In this document: positions 7,624 to 16,486 of the stretch, piece after piece
Position numbering within the stretch: position 1 is the stretch's first letter
Layout of the letters: every line of letters starts with the position of its first letter
Position numbers and translations under genes: made by a program
The notes under the pieces: generated by a model
What the model was told of the DNA's origin: nothing
Database searches by the model: none
Seen by the model: the letters and a program-made list of their open reading frames with translations, nothing else
NCBI GenBank assembly: GCA_019509895.1
Contig: JAEKLK010000166.1
Coordinates: 1-45,531 of the forward strand
Source: Betaproteobacteria bacterium
Lineage (GTDB): Bacteria; Pseudomonadota; Gammaproteobacteria; Burkholderiales; SG8-39
Direction of reading: 5' to 3'
Length of the DNA: 45,531 nucleotides

Positions 7624-9843
7624 ATGACCCCACTTTCGTCCAAGATCTCGCAGGTTTTGCAGAAGCGCCTGGAGATCGCGCAGAAGCAGCTCAACGAGCG
7701 GGTGCAATCGGCATTCGCGAACAGTGTCCCGAGTGCGGCGACGCCGTGGGACTTCTGGAGCGGCGGCGCCCGCTACGCGATCGACTTCGCGCAGCGCAGC
7801 GTCCTTTTCTGGGACACGATGCGAAAGCGCGGCAACCAGTTTCTCGAGCGCGAGCGCCAGGGGCTGCCGCCGGTACTGCACTTCGACTACGAGATGGTGC
7901 TCGACGGCCGGAAGCTCGATCGGCCGGTGAACTATGCGCTGGTGCGCATCCTGCCGCCCGAAGGCGTGACGGTGGACGCGGCGCGCCGGCCCTACGTGAT
8001 CATCGATCCGCGCGCCGGCCACGGTCCGGGCATCGGCGGATTCAAGGACGACTCGCAGGTCGGCGTGGCGCTGCGCGAAGGCCATCCGGTGTACTTCGTC
8101 ATCTTCTTTCCCGAGCCGCAGCCCGGCCAGACGCTGATGGATGTCTGTACCGCAGAGCGGGACTTCGTGCGGCGCGTGCGCGCGCTGCATCCGGATGCAT
8201 CGAAGCCGGCGATCGTCGGCAACTGCCAGGGCGGCTGGGCGGCGATGATGCTCGCGTCTTCGAACCCTGAGGACACCGGCCCGATCGTCATCAATGGCGC
8301 ACCCATGTCCTACTGGGGCGGCGCGTGGGAGGAAGGCGCCGGCGACAACCCGATGCGCTATGCCGGCGGGCTGATGGGCGGTACCTGGCTCGCCTCGTTA
8401 ACGTCAGATCTCGGCGCCGGCAAGTTCGACGGCGCCTGGCTGGTGCAGAACTTCGAGAACCTGAATCCCGCGAACACCTTCTGGGACAAGTACTACCACG
8501 TGTTCGCGAATGCCGACACGGAGCCGCCGCGCTTCCTCGATTTCGAGCGCTGGTGGGGCGGCTTCTACCTGATGAACCGCGAGGAGATCGAATGGATCAC
8601 CAAGAATCTCTTCGTCGGCAACCGGCTGTGGAAAGACGGCCAGTTTGACCTGCGCGAGATCCGCTCGCCGATCGTGCTGTTCGCCTCGCTGGGAGACAAC
8701 ATCACGCCGCCGGAGCAGGCCTTCAACTGGGTGGCGGATGTCTACGGCTCGACCGACGAGGTCAAGGCCCGCGGCCAGGTGATCGTCGGCCTGGTGCACC
8801 AGGACATCGGCCACCTGGGCATCTTCGTCTCCGGCAAGGTGGCGAAGAAGGAGCACTCGCAGATCGTCTCGGTGCTGAAGTCCATCGAGTCGCTGGCACC
8901 GGGGCTCTACGCCATGAGCGTCGAACAGACGAAGGACGGCTATGCCGTCACCTTCACCGAGCGGCGGCTCGAGGAAGTCGCCGAGCGACTCAACCGCTTC
9001 AAGCGCGCGGACGAGAAGCCGTTCGAAGCCGTGGCGGCGGTATCGGAATTCAACCAGCGCGCCTACGAGGTTTTCGCGCGGCCGATGGTGCAGGCGCTCG
9101 CCAGCGAGCAGGGGGCAAAGCTCGGGCGCGATTTCCATCCGCTTCGCTTCCAGCGCTGGTTTCTCTCCGACCTGAATCCATGGCTGGCGTGGCTCGCCCC
9201 CGCTGCCGAGATGGTCAAGGCGCACCGTCAGGCGCTCCCGGCCGATGACCCGGCGCGTAAGGCCGAAAAGACGTTTGCCGAGCTCGTAAGTGCCGGGATG
9301 GATTACCAGCGCGCCGTGCGCGACGCGCTGAGCGAAGCGGCGTTCTTCCAGATCTACGGCAACCTCTTCGCCCTCGATGTCGGCGCCGGCGAGGCGCAGA
9401 GCGGCCCTGCAGCGGCCGATCTCCTCGAAGCGACGCTGCCGGCGGCGGGGCAGGGCGGCTACCCGGAGGCCTTGGCGCGCGTCGCGTTCCTGCTGGCGCG
9501 CAAAGGCGAGCCGCTGCCGCTTTCGCGCCTTGAGCTGAAGCAGGAGCTGATGCGCGACTATGCCGCGTTCATTCCCGATCTGCCGCGCGACCAGGCGCGC
9601 CGGATCCGCGGCGCGCAGGAAGTGCTCGTGCGCCGCGACCGCGAAAAGGCGCTGGCCACGCTTCCCGAACTGCTGGCACAGGCGGCGGATCGCCAGCGGC
9701 TTTTGACGCTGCTCGAGCGGTTGCTCGCCGATGCGCGCGTCCAGGGCGAAGGACCCAGCGAGGAGCAGCTCGCCATGCTGGCGCGCATCCGCGCCGTGCT
9801 CGCGTCGCCGGCGTCGCGCCGGCCGCAGCCGCTGGTCGCATAG
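7624..9843 (+). CDS. DUF3141-family alpha/beta-hydrolase-fold protein (often auto-annotated as 3-hydroxyalkanoate synthetase-like)
   Basis: 739 aa. Characteristic stretch ...YVIIDPRAGHGPGIGGFKDDSQVG...IVGNCQGGWAAMMLA...NFENLNPANTFWDKYY...FERWWGGFYLMNREEIEWI... Family assignment is from memory of DUF3141 sequences. Confidence 0.75.
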   Translation: MTPLSSKISQVLQKRLEIAQKQLNERVQSAFANSVPSAATPWDFWSGGARYAIDFAQRSVLFWDTMRKRGNQFLERERQGLPPVLHFDYEMVLDGRKLDRPVNYALVRILPPEGVTVDAARRPYVIIDPRAGHGPGIGGFKDDSQVGVALREGHPVYFVIFFPEPQPGQTLMDVCTAERDFVRRVRALHPDASKPAIVGNCQGGWAAMMLASSNPEDTGPIVINGAPMSYWGGAWEEGAGDNPMRYAGGLMGGTWLASLTSDLGAGKFDGAWLVQNFENLNPANTFWDKYYHVFANADTEPPRFLDFERWWGGFYLMNREEIEWITKNLFVGNRLWKDGQFDLREIRSPIVLFASLGDNITPPEQAFNWVADVYGSTDEVKARGQVIVGLVHQDIGHLGIFVSGKVAKKEHSQIVSVLKSIESLAPGLYAMSVEQTKDGYAVTFTERRLEEVAERLNRFKRADEKPFEAVAAVSEFNQRAYEVFARPMVQALASEQGAKLGRDFHPLRFQRWFLSDLNPWLAWLAPAAEMVKAHRQALPADDPARKAEKTFAELVSAGMDYQRAVRDALSEAAFFQIYGNLFALDVGAGEAQSGPAAADLLEATLPAAGQGGYPEALARVAFLLARKGEPLPLSRLELKQELMRDYAAFIPDLPRDQARRIRGAQEVLVRRDREKALATLPELLAQAADRQRLLTLLERLLADARVQGEGPSEEQLAMLARIRAVLASPASRRPQPLVA

Positions 9844-9859
9844 GAAAGAAAGGACCGCC

Positions 9860-10801
9860 ATGGAACGCAAGCACGAAAAATACGATCGGCTGCTCGATCG
9901 CGCAAAGGCGTACCCACCCGTGCCCACCGCCGTGGCCCATCCGTGCGACGAATCGTCGCTCGCGGGCGCCGTCGATGCCGCAAAGCTCGGACTGATCAAG
10001 CCGATCCTGGTCGGACCGAAGGCGCGCATCGGCGCCGCCGCCGAGAAAAGCCGCATCAACATCTCCGGCTTCGAGCTCGTCGATGCCGAGCACAGCCACG
10101 ACTCGGCCGCCAAGGCGGTCGCGCTGGTGCGCGAGGGCCGGGCCGAATGCCTGATGAAGGGCAGCTTGCATACCGACGAGCTGATGGGCGCCGTGGTGTC
10201 GCGCGAAGGCGGCCTGCGCACCGCGCGGCGCATCAGCCATGCGTTCGTCATGGATGTGCCGACCTACTCGGAGGTGCTGATCATCTCCGACGCCGCGGTC
10301 AACATCGCGCCCTCGTTGCGCGACAAGATCGACATCGTGCAGAACGCGATCGACCTCGCGCGCTCGCTCGGCATGAAAGAGGTGCGCGTCGCGATCCTGT
10401 CGGCGATGGAGACCGTCAATCCGGACGTGCCCTCGACCATCGAGGCGGCGGCACTGTGCAAGATGGCCGACCGCGGCCAGATCACCGGCGCGCTCCTCGA
10501 CGGGCCGCTCGCGCTCGACAACGCGATCAACCTGCGCGCGGCGCAGATCAAACAGATCACCTCGGGGGTCGCCGGACGCGCCAACGTGCTGATCGTGCCG
10601 GACCTCGAGGCGGGCAACATGCTCGCCAAGAGCCTCACCTTCATGGCGCAGGCGGACGCCGCCGGCATCGTGCTCGGCGCGCGCGTGCCGATCATCCTCA
10701 CGAGCCGCGCCGATTCGGTGACCACGCGCCTTGCTTCGTGCGCCATCGCCTCGCTCGTGGCGCAGTCGCGGCGTGCGCAGCCCTCGAAGGTCGCCGCCTG
10801 A
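9860..10801 (+). CDS. Phosphate acetyl/butyryl-transferase (stand-alone PTA_PTB domain)
   Basis: ATG 9860. 313 aa. ...ECLMKGSLHTDELM...ISDAAVNIAP...LDGPLALDNA...ANVLIVPDLEAGNMLAKSL...PIILTSRADS..., typical of phosphotransacetylase/phosphotransbutyrylase. Confidence 0.85.
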   Translation: MERKHEKYDRLLDRAKAYPPVPTAVAHPCDESSLAGAVDAAKLGLIKPILVGPKARIGAAAEKSRINISGFELVDAEHSHDSAAKAVALVREGRAECLMKGSLHTDELMGAVVSREGGLRTARRISHAFVMDVPTYSEVLIISDAAVNIAPSLRDKIDIVQNAIDLARSLGMKEVRVAILSAMETVNPDVPSTIEAAALCKMADRGQITGALLDGPLALDNAINLRAAQIKQITSGVAGRANVLIVPDLEAGNMLAKSLTFMAQADAAGIVLGARVPIILTSRADSVTTRLASCAIASLVAQSRRAQPSKVAA

Positions 10802-10809
10802 GGACCGCA

Positions 10810-12006
10810 ATGGACGCGATCGCCGTCCTCAACGCCGGCTCATCCAGCATCAAGTTCTCGCTCTTCGCGCTCGGCGGCGAAGCGCTCGACCTGGAGCTGC
10901 GCGGCCAGGTCGAAGGCATCTACACAGCGCCGCGTTTCATCGGGCGCGACGCCTTGGGCAAGACGCTCGCCGAGGAACGCTGGCCGGAGGGCACGAAGCT
11001 CGGTCACGCCAGCGCGCTCGACCACATCATCGCCTTCGTGCGCGAGCGCCTGGCGGGCCGGCGCCTCGCCGGCATCGGACATCGGGTGGTGCACGGCGGC
11101 ATGGAGTACACGCAGCCGGTGCGCATGAATGCCGCGGCGTTGGACGCGCTCGAGAAGTTCGTGCCGCTCGCGCCGCTGCACCAGCCGCACAACCTCGCGC
11201 CTATCCGGCTCCTGCTGGAGCGGCTGCCGGAGCTGCCGCAGGTGGCATGCTTCGACACGTCGTTCCATCGCAGCAATCCGGAAATCGCGCAGATGTTCGC
11301 GCTGCCCGCGGCGCTGCACGACGAAGGTGTGCGCCGCTACGGCTTCCATGGCCTGTCGTACGAGTATGTCGCTTCGCAGCTGCCGTCGCTCGACGCGCGG
11401 GCGGCGCAGGGCCGCACGGTGGTCCTGCATCTGGGCAATGGCTCGAGCATGTGCGCGCTTAGCGCCGGCAAGAGCGTGGCGAGCACCATGGGCTTCACCG
11501 CGGTTGACGGACTGCCGATGGGCACGCGCTGCGGCGCGCTCGACCCCGGCGTGGTCCTCTACCTCATGGACCGGCACGGCATGGACGTGCGCGCAGTGGA
11601 GAAGCTGATCTACAACCAGTCCGGGCTGCTCGGCGTTTCAGGCATCTCGAGCGACATGCGTGCGCTGCTTGCGAGCAGCGAGCCGCGCGCGAAGCTCGCG
11701 GTCGACCTCTATCTCTACCGCATCGGCCGCGAGCTCGGCTCCCTCGCCGCGGCGCTGGAAGGGCTCGATGCGCTCGTATTCACTGCCGGCATCGGCGAGA
11801 ACTCGGCCGTGTTGCGCGAGCGCGTGTGCCGCCATGCGGCCTGGCTCGGCGTCGAGCTCGATCCGGGCGCGAACGCCGCCGGCAGCCCGCGCATCAGCAC
11901 CGCCGCGAGCCGCGTTTCCGCCTGGGTCGTTGCTACCAACGAAGAGCTGATGATCGCCCGCCATACGGCGGAGTTCGTTCGACCCACTACAAGAAGGAAG
12001 CAATGA
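10810..12006 (+). CDS. ackA: Acetate (short-chain acyl) kinase
   Basis: ATG 10810. 398 aa. N-terminal VLNAGSSSIKFSLF, then GHRVVHGG, FDTSFH, RRYGFHGLSY, HLGNGSS, TMGFT..DGLPMGTRCG, FTAGIGENS. A full set of acetate/propionate kinase motifs. Confidence 0.9.
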   Translation: MDAIAVLNAGSSSIKFSLFALGGEALDLELRGQVEGIYTAPRFIGRDALGKTLAEERWPEGTKLGHASALDHIIAFVRERLAGRRLAGIGHRVVHGGMEYTQPVRMNAAALDALEKFVPLAPLHQPHNLAPIRLLLERLPELPQVACFDTSFHRSNPEIAQMFALPAALHDEGVRRYGFHGLSYEYVASQLPSLDARAAQGRTVVLHLGNGSSMCALSAGKSVASTMGFTAVDGLPMGTRCGALDPGVVLYLMDRHGMDVRAVEKLIYNQSGLLGVSGISSDMRALLASSEPRAKLAVDLYLYRIGRELGSLAAALEGLDALVFTAGIGENSAVLRERVCRHAAWLGVELDPGANAAGSPRISTAASRVSAWVVATNEELMIARHTAEFVRPTTRRKQ

Positions 12007-12464
12007 AGCACAGCAAACTAAGGAAGCTGATCGACTCCATCGCGCGCGCCATCCGCAACAGCGACCCGGATCCGGCGCCGATGACGCTCACGCCGGTCGT
12101 CAACGTGGAGCACACCAAGCCGGTGTCGCTCTCCGTGCTGGCGCAGCAGTCGGAGAGGGCGAAGGATGCGATGCAGGAGAAGCGCAAACGGGCCCTGTCT
12201 TTCCTCGCGACGAAATCGGTCCTCAACTCCGATGAAACGATTCTCACAGGAGACGCAAATGAAAGCTGCATTGAACACACTTACGGTCATGACAGTAATC
12301 GCCATGGCGGCCGGCTGCGCCTCGACCAAGTATTACAAGGTCACGGACGCCACCACCGGGAAGCCGTACTACACGCAGGAGATCGCAAAGAACGCGAACG
12401 CCATCCAGTTCAAGGACGCGAAGACCGGCGCCGCGACGACGCTGCAGAACTCGCAGGTTCTTGA
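12003..12464 (+). CDS. Possible small protein of unknown function; 3' end unresolved
   Basis: ATG 12003 overlaps the ackA stop (ATGA). The first ~75 codons (MKHSKLRKLIDSIARAIRNSDPDPAPMTLTPVVNVEHTKPVSLSVLAQQSERAKDAMQEKRKRALSFLATKSVLN...) have coding-like third-position GC. The frame then runs without a stop across the start of the next gene, with an Arg-rich off-frame-looking tail to 12464. Confidence 0.3.
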   Translation: MKHSKLRKLIDSIARAIRNSDPDPAPMTLTPVVNVEHTKPVSLSVLAQQSERAKDAMQEKRKRALSFLATKSVLNSDETILTGDANESCIEHTYGHDSNRHGGRLRLDQVLQGHGRHHREAVLHAGDRKERERHPVQGREDRRRDDAAELAGS

Positions 12465-12705
12465 GATCGACAAGGCGGCTTACAGCGCAGGACTGATCGC
12501 AGCCGCAGCGCCGGTCACGCCAGCACCGGCCGCCGCGCCGGCCGCAGCCGCACCGGCTGCGGCGACGCCGGCACCCGCGGTGGCCGTGGCGACGCCGGTA
12601 GCCGCGCCCGCAGCGCCCGCGGCCGCAGCACCGCTGGCACCCGCCTCAGCGACACCGGTGAGCGGACCGGCGCAGGCCGCGCCGTCTGCACAGGGTGCCC
12701 AGTAA
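12259..12705 (+). CDS. Lipoprotein with small folded N-domain and long Pro/Ala-rich C-terminal tail
   Basis: ATG 12259 has AGGAG 7 nt upstream. Lipobox signal MKAALNTLTVMTVIAMAAGC. A ~60-aa domain (YYKVTDATTGKPYYTQEI...) is followed by ~75 aa of (P/A/T/V) low complexity. An alternative in-frame ATG is at 12232. Confidence 0.6.
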   Translation: MKAALNTLTVMTVIAMAAGCASTKYYKVTDATTGKPYYTQEIAKNANAIQFKDAKTGAATTLQNSQVLEIDKAAYSAGLIAAAAPVTPAPAAAPAAAAPAAATPAPAVAVATPVAAPAAPAAAAPLAPASATPVSGPAQAAPSAQGAQ

Positions 12706-12721
12706 ACCGGAGGGTGCGCTC

Positions 12722-13504
12722 ATGGCGCTTACCATCCCCCGCCCGGTTCTCAGCGGCAAGAAGGCGCTCGTGGCGGGCATCGCCAATGAGCATTCCATCG
12801 CCTACGGCTGCGCGGCCGCGTTTCGGGAGTTGGGCGCCGATCTCGCCATCACCTACCTCAACGAGAAGGCCAAGCCCTATGTCGAGCCGCTCGCCCGGAA
12901 GCTCGAGGCGCCGATCGTTGCGCCACTCGACGTATCGCAGCCCGGCGAGCTCGAGGCGCTCTTCGAGCGCATCGCGCGCGAGTGGGGCCGGCTCGACATC
13001 GTGGTGCATTCGATCGCCTGGGCGCCCAAGGGCGACCTGCAGGGCGGCCTCATCGACTGCACGGCGGAGGGCTTCGCGCGCGCCATGGACATCTCCTGCC
13101 ATTCGTTCATTCGCATGGCCAGGCTCGCCGCGCCGCTCATGAGCGAGGGCGGGACGCTCTTTGCCATGAGCTACCACGGCGCGCAGAAGGTGGTGCCGAA
13201 CTACAACGTAATGGGGCCGGTGAAGGCCGCGCTCGAAGGCGCGTGCCGCTATCTCGCCTATGAGCTTGGGCCGCGCGGCATCCGCGTGCATCCGGTCTCG
13301 CCCGGGCCGCTCAAGACGCGCGCCGCTTCTGGCCTGAAGGACTTCGACCTGATGCTGAACGAGGCGATGCAGAAGGCGCCGGTCGGCGAGCTGGTGGACA
13401 TCATGGACGTCGGCTTCGCCTGCGCCTATCTCGCGACGCCTTATGCGCGGCGCATTACCGGCGGCACTGTGTACGTCGACGGCGGCGTGAACATCATGGC
13501 CTGA
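12722..13504 (+). CDS. fabI: Enoyl-[acyl-carrier-protein] reductase (NADH), FabI type
   Basis: ATG 12722 with GGAGGG upstream. 260 aa. LSGKKALVAGIANEHSIAYG, VHSIAWAP, SYHGAQKVVPNYNVMGPVKAALE (Tyr/Tyr/Lys catalytic pattern as in E. coli FabI), VSPGPLKTRAASG. Confidence 0.9.
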   Translation: MALTIPRPVLSGKKALVAGIANEHSIAYGCAAAFRELGADLAITYLNEKAKPYVEPLARKLEAPIVAPLDVSQPGELEALFERIAREWGRLDIVVHSIAWAPKGDLQGGLIDCTAEGFARAMDISCHSFIRMARLAAPLMSEGGTLFAMSYHGAQKVVPNYNVMGPVKAALEGACRYLAYELGPRGIRVHPVSPGPLKTRAASGLKDFDLMLNEAMQKAPVGELVDIMDVGFACAYLATPYARRITGGTVYVDGGVNIMA

Positions 13505-13512
13505 GGTGTCCT

Positions 13513-16461
13513 ATGACGATCGGACTGTCGAAATATCTGAAGGTGCACCGCCGTACGCGCAAGCTCGTCGTCTGGGCGGGCGCGCTCGCCGGACTCTATG
13601 CCGTACTCGGGTTTCTCGTCGCGCCGCCCATCGTGCGCCAGCAGCTCGAGCAGGTGCTCGCCGCGCAGCTCGGCCGCAAGGCCACGATAGAGCAGGTGCG
13701 CATCAACCCGTTCGCCCTTTCGGCATCGGTGCGCAATTTCAGCCTGAAGGAGCGTGACGGCAGCACAGACGCGCTCGGCTTCGAGCAGCTCGGCGTCAAC
13801 GTAACGCTTTCTTCGCTCTTCCGCCTGGGCGTGGTCGTCGAGTCGGTGCAGCTCTCCAAGCCCTACGTGCGCCTGGTGCGCTATGAAGACGGCAAATACA
13901 ACTTCCAGGACATCATCGACAGGTTTGCCAGTGCGCCCGCCGAATCCTCCGCAGCGGCGAGCCCCCCGCAAGCGACGGCAGCCTCGCCGCGCTTTGCCAT
14001 CTACAACGTGGTGCTGCGCGACGGCCGCATCGATTTCGACGATCAGCCGCAGAAAACGCAGCACGCCATCACCGATCTGCAGATCGGCCTGCCGCTCGTG
14101 TCGAGCCTGCCCCGCCAGGTCGAGATCGTCGTCGCCCCCCGCCTGAGCGCCAACGTCAACGGCACGCCGTTCGAGATCCTGGGTGAGGCAAAGCCTTTCA
14201 AGGAGACGCACGAGGCGAAGGTCCACATCGATATCGACGACCTGGAGCTCGGCAGGTATCTCGCGTATTCGCCGGTCCCGCTGCGCATCCGCGTTCCTTC
14301 GGCGCGCCTGGATACGCGGCTGGTGCTGTCGTACGCCGCCGCGCGAGCGGGCGGCCTGCAGACGCTTGCCCTGTCCGGCACGGCAAACCTGCGGCGAGTG
14401 AACGTGCAGCACGCCGACGGCACGCCGCTCGCGGCGCTCGAGCGGCTCGGCATCGACCTCGACTCGTGGGACTTTCTGCAAATGCGCGCGGCGCTCAACA
14501 AGGTGACCGTGGAGGCGCCGGAAGTGGATATCACGCGCGAGGAAGATGGTCGCTTCAAGCTGCTCGGCGTGCTGCCGCCGCCGGCGGCACCGGTCCCGGC
14601 TCCGGCACAGGCCGCGCCACGTGCGAGCGAACCGGCGCTCAAGTTCAGCGTCGCGGAATTTGCCTTGACCAATGGCAAGGTGCGATTCGTCGATCGCTCC
14701 GCGGGCAAGCCCGTCAGCCTGGCGCTCGCCAAGGCGGCGATTACGGTCGCTGATCTCGGCAACGACGGGCGGACGGCCAAGCTGAAAGCCGCTTTCGGCG
14801 TCGGTGCGAAGGGCCGCTTCGGCTACGAAGGCTCGCTGCAGCTCGTGCCGCTGCGCACCGAGGGACGGCTGGAGATTGCCGGGCTGCGTCTCGACGCCTT
14901 CGCGCCTTATATCGAGCAGCGCCTCAACGTCCTCGTCACCGGCGGCGCCCTATCGACGCATGGCCGGCTGTCGCTCGGCGTCCCGGATGGCTCGCCCGTG
15001 CAGATCGCTTACCGCGCCGACGCGGGCGTCTCGGGCTTCGCCTCGAAGGACCAGGCCACCTCGCAGGACCTGCTGAACTGGAAATCGCTGACGGTGACCG
15101 GCATCGACTTCCAGCTTGCACCGCTCAAGCTCGGCATCGGCGAGATCGCGCTGTCCGATCTCTATTCGCGCCTCATCGTCAATTCGGACGGGACGCTCAA
15201 CTGGCGCGGCGTGCCGAAGCAAAGCGAAACGGCGAGCGCCCCGGCGCCGGCTGAGGAGCGCGCAAGCGGCCCGCCGCCCGACATCCACCTCGGGAAGATC
15301 CTCCTGCACGGGGGCAGGATCAACTTCTCGGATTACTTCATCAAGCCGAACTACACCGTCATGCTGACCGGAGTTGACGCCAGCATGACCGAGATGACGC
15401 CCGAGAAGGCGAGCGAAGTGCGCCTCGCCGGGCGCATCCATGAAACGTCGCCCGTGGAGGTCGCGGGCAAGGTCAACGTGCTTTCGCCCGACCTCGTGCT
15501 CGACATGAAAGCGAGCGCGCGCGACATCCAGCTCTCGGACATGTCGGCTTATTCGCTGAAGTACGCCGGCTACGGCATCGAGAAGGGCACGCTCTCGGTG
15601 CGGCTCTCCTACCTCGTCCACGAGCGCAAGCTCGAGGCGCAGAACAACATCTACCTCGACCAGCTGACCTTCGGCGACAAGGTCGACAGCCCGACTGCGA
15701 CGAGCCTGCCCGTGCGGTTCGCCGTCGCGCTGCTCAAGGACAAAAATGGAGTGATCGACGTCAACCTGCCGGTCGCCGGGCCGCTGGACGACCCGCAATT
15801 CAGCGTCGGCGGCGTCATCGTGCAGGTGTTCGTGAATCTCATCGAAAAGGCCGTCACCTCGCCCTTTGCTGCGATCGGGTCGCTCTTCGGCGGTGGCGAG
15901 GAGCTGGCGTTCGTGGAATTCGCGCCGGGCTCTGCGGCGGTCGATATCGCGCAGGAGGTGAAGCTCACGACGCTGGCGAAGGCACTTGATGAGCGTCCCG
16001 GGCTCAAGCTCGAGGTCGGCGGCCGCATCGATCCGCAAGCCGATCGCCAGGCCATGCGCCGCGCGGCGGTCGATCAACAAGTGCTGGCAGCGAAGATCGC
16101 TGAGAACGAAGCCGGGACGGTGGCTGCCGCCGGAGGCGTGGAAGCCAAGGTCAGCTCCGACGAGTATGGCAAGTATCTTGGCGCCGCCTACCGTGCTGCG
16201 GACTTCGAGCGTCCGTTCGATGCGAAGGGGGCGCTGCAGGAGCTGCCCGTCGCCGAGATGGAGCGCCTGATGCTTGCCAACGCGCCGGTCGCCGACCAAG
16301 ACCTGAGCCTGCTCGCGCAAAGGCGCGCGCAGGCGGCCAAGGATTGGCTGGTCGGGCCAGGCAAAGTCGCGCCAGAACGGGTCCTGGTCGTAATCAAGCC
16401 GAGCCAGGAGAGCGCCGCTAATAAGGCAAGCGGCAGCCGCGTCGACTTTGTCCTGAAATAA
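13513..16461 (+). CDS. DUF748 domain-containing large envelope protein (AsmA-like), N-terminal membrane anchor
   Basis: 982 aa. N-terminal TM VVWAGALAGLYAVLGFLVAPPIV followed by ...ATIEQVRINPFALSASVRNFSLKE... and ...INFSDYFIKPNYTVMLTGVDASMTEM..., ...SLKYAGYGIEKGTLSVRLSY... These are repeats I associate with DUF748/AsmA-like proteins. Confidence 0.75.
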   Translation: MTIGLSKYLKVHRRTRKLVVWAGALAGLYAVLGFLVAPPIVRQQLEQVLAAQLGRKATIEQVRINPFALSASVRNFSLKERDGSTDALGFEQLGVNVTLSSLFRLGVVVESVQLSKPYVRLVRYEDGKYNFQDIIDRFASAPAESSAAASPPQATAASPRFAIYNVVLRDGRIDFDDQPQKTQHAITDLQIGLPLVSSLPRQVEIVVAPRLSANVNGTPFEILGEAKPFKETHEAKVHIDIDDLELGRYLAYSPVPLRIRVPSARLDTRLVLSYAAARAGGLQTLALSGTANLRRVNVQHADGTPLAALERLGIDLDSWDFLQMRAALNKVTVEAPEVDITREEDGRFKLLGVLPPPAAPVPAPAQAAPRASEPALKFSVAEFALTNGKVRFVDRSAGKPVSLALAKAAITVADLGNDGRTAKLKAAFGVGAKGRFGYEGSLQLVPLRTEGRLEIAGLRLDAFAPYIEQRLNVLVTGGALSTHGRLSLGVPDGSPVQIAYRADAGVSGFASKDQATSQDLLNWKSLTVTGIDFQLAPLKLGIGEIALSDLYSRLIVNSDGTLNWRGVPKQSETASAPAPAEERASGPPPDIHLGKILLHGGRINFSDYFIKPNYTVMLTGVDASMTEMTPEKASEVRLAGRIHETSPVEVAGKVNVLSPDLVLDMKASARDIQLSDMSAYSLKYAGYGIEKGTLSVRLSYLVHERKLEAQNNIYLDQLTFGDKVDSPTATSLPVRFAVALLKDKNGVIDVNLPVAGPLDDPQFSVGGVIVQVFVNLIEKAVTSPFAAIGSLFGGGEELAFVEFAPGSAAVDIAQEVKLTTLAKALDERPGLKLEVGGRIDPQADRQAMRRAAVDQQVLAAKIAENEAGTVAAAGGVEAKVSSDEYGKYLGAAYRAADFERPFDAKGALQELPVAEMERLMLANAPVADQDLSLLAQRRAQAAKDWLVGPGKVAPERVLVVIKPSQESAANKASGSRVDFVLK

Positions 16462-16486
16462 TCCGTCTAGCGGCCGTGTCCGTCGT

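Noticed and set aside
12232-12258. Alternative upstream ATG (12232) for the PA-tailed lipoprotein
   Set aside because: It would add MKRFSQETQ before the signal peptide. ATG 12259 has a well-placed AGGAG and gives a canonical lipoprotein signal, so it is preferred, though not proven.
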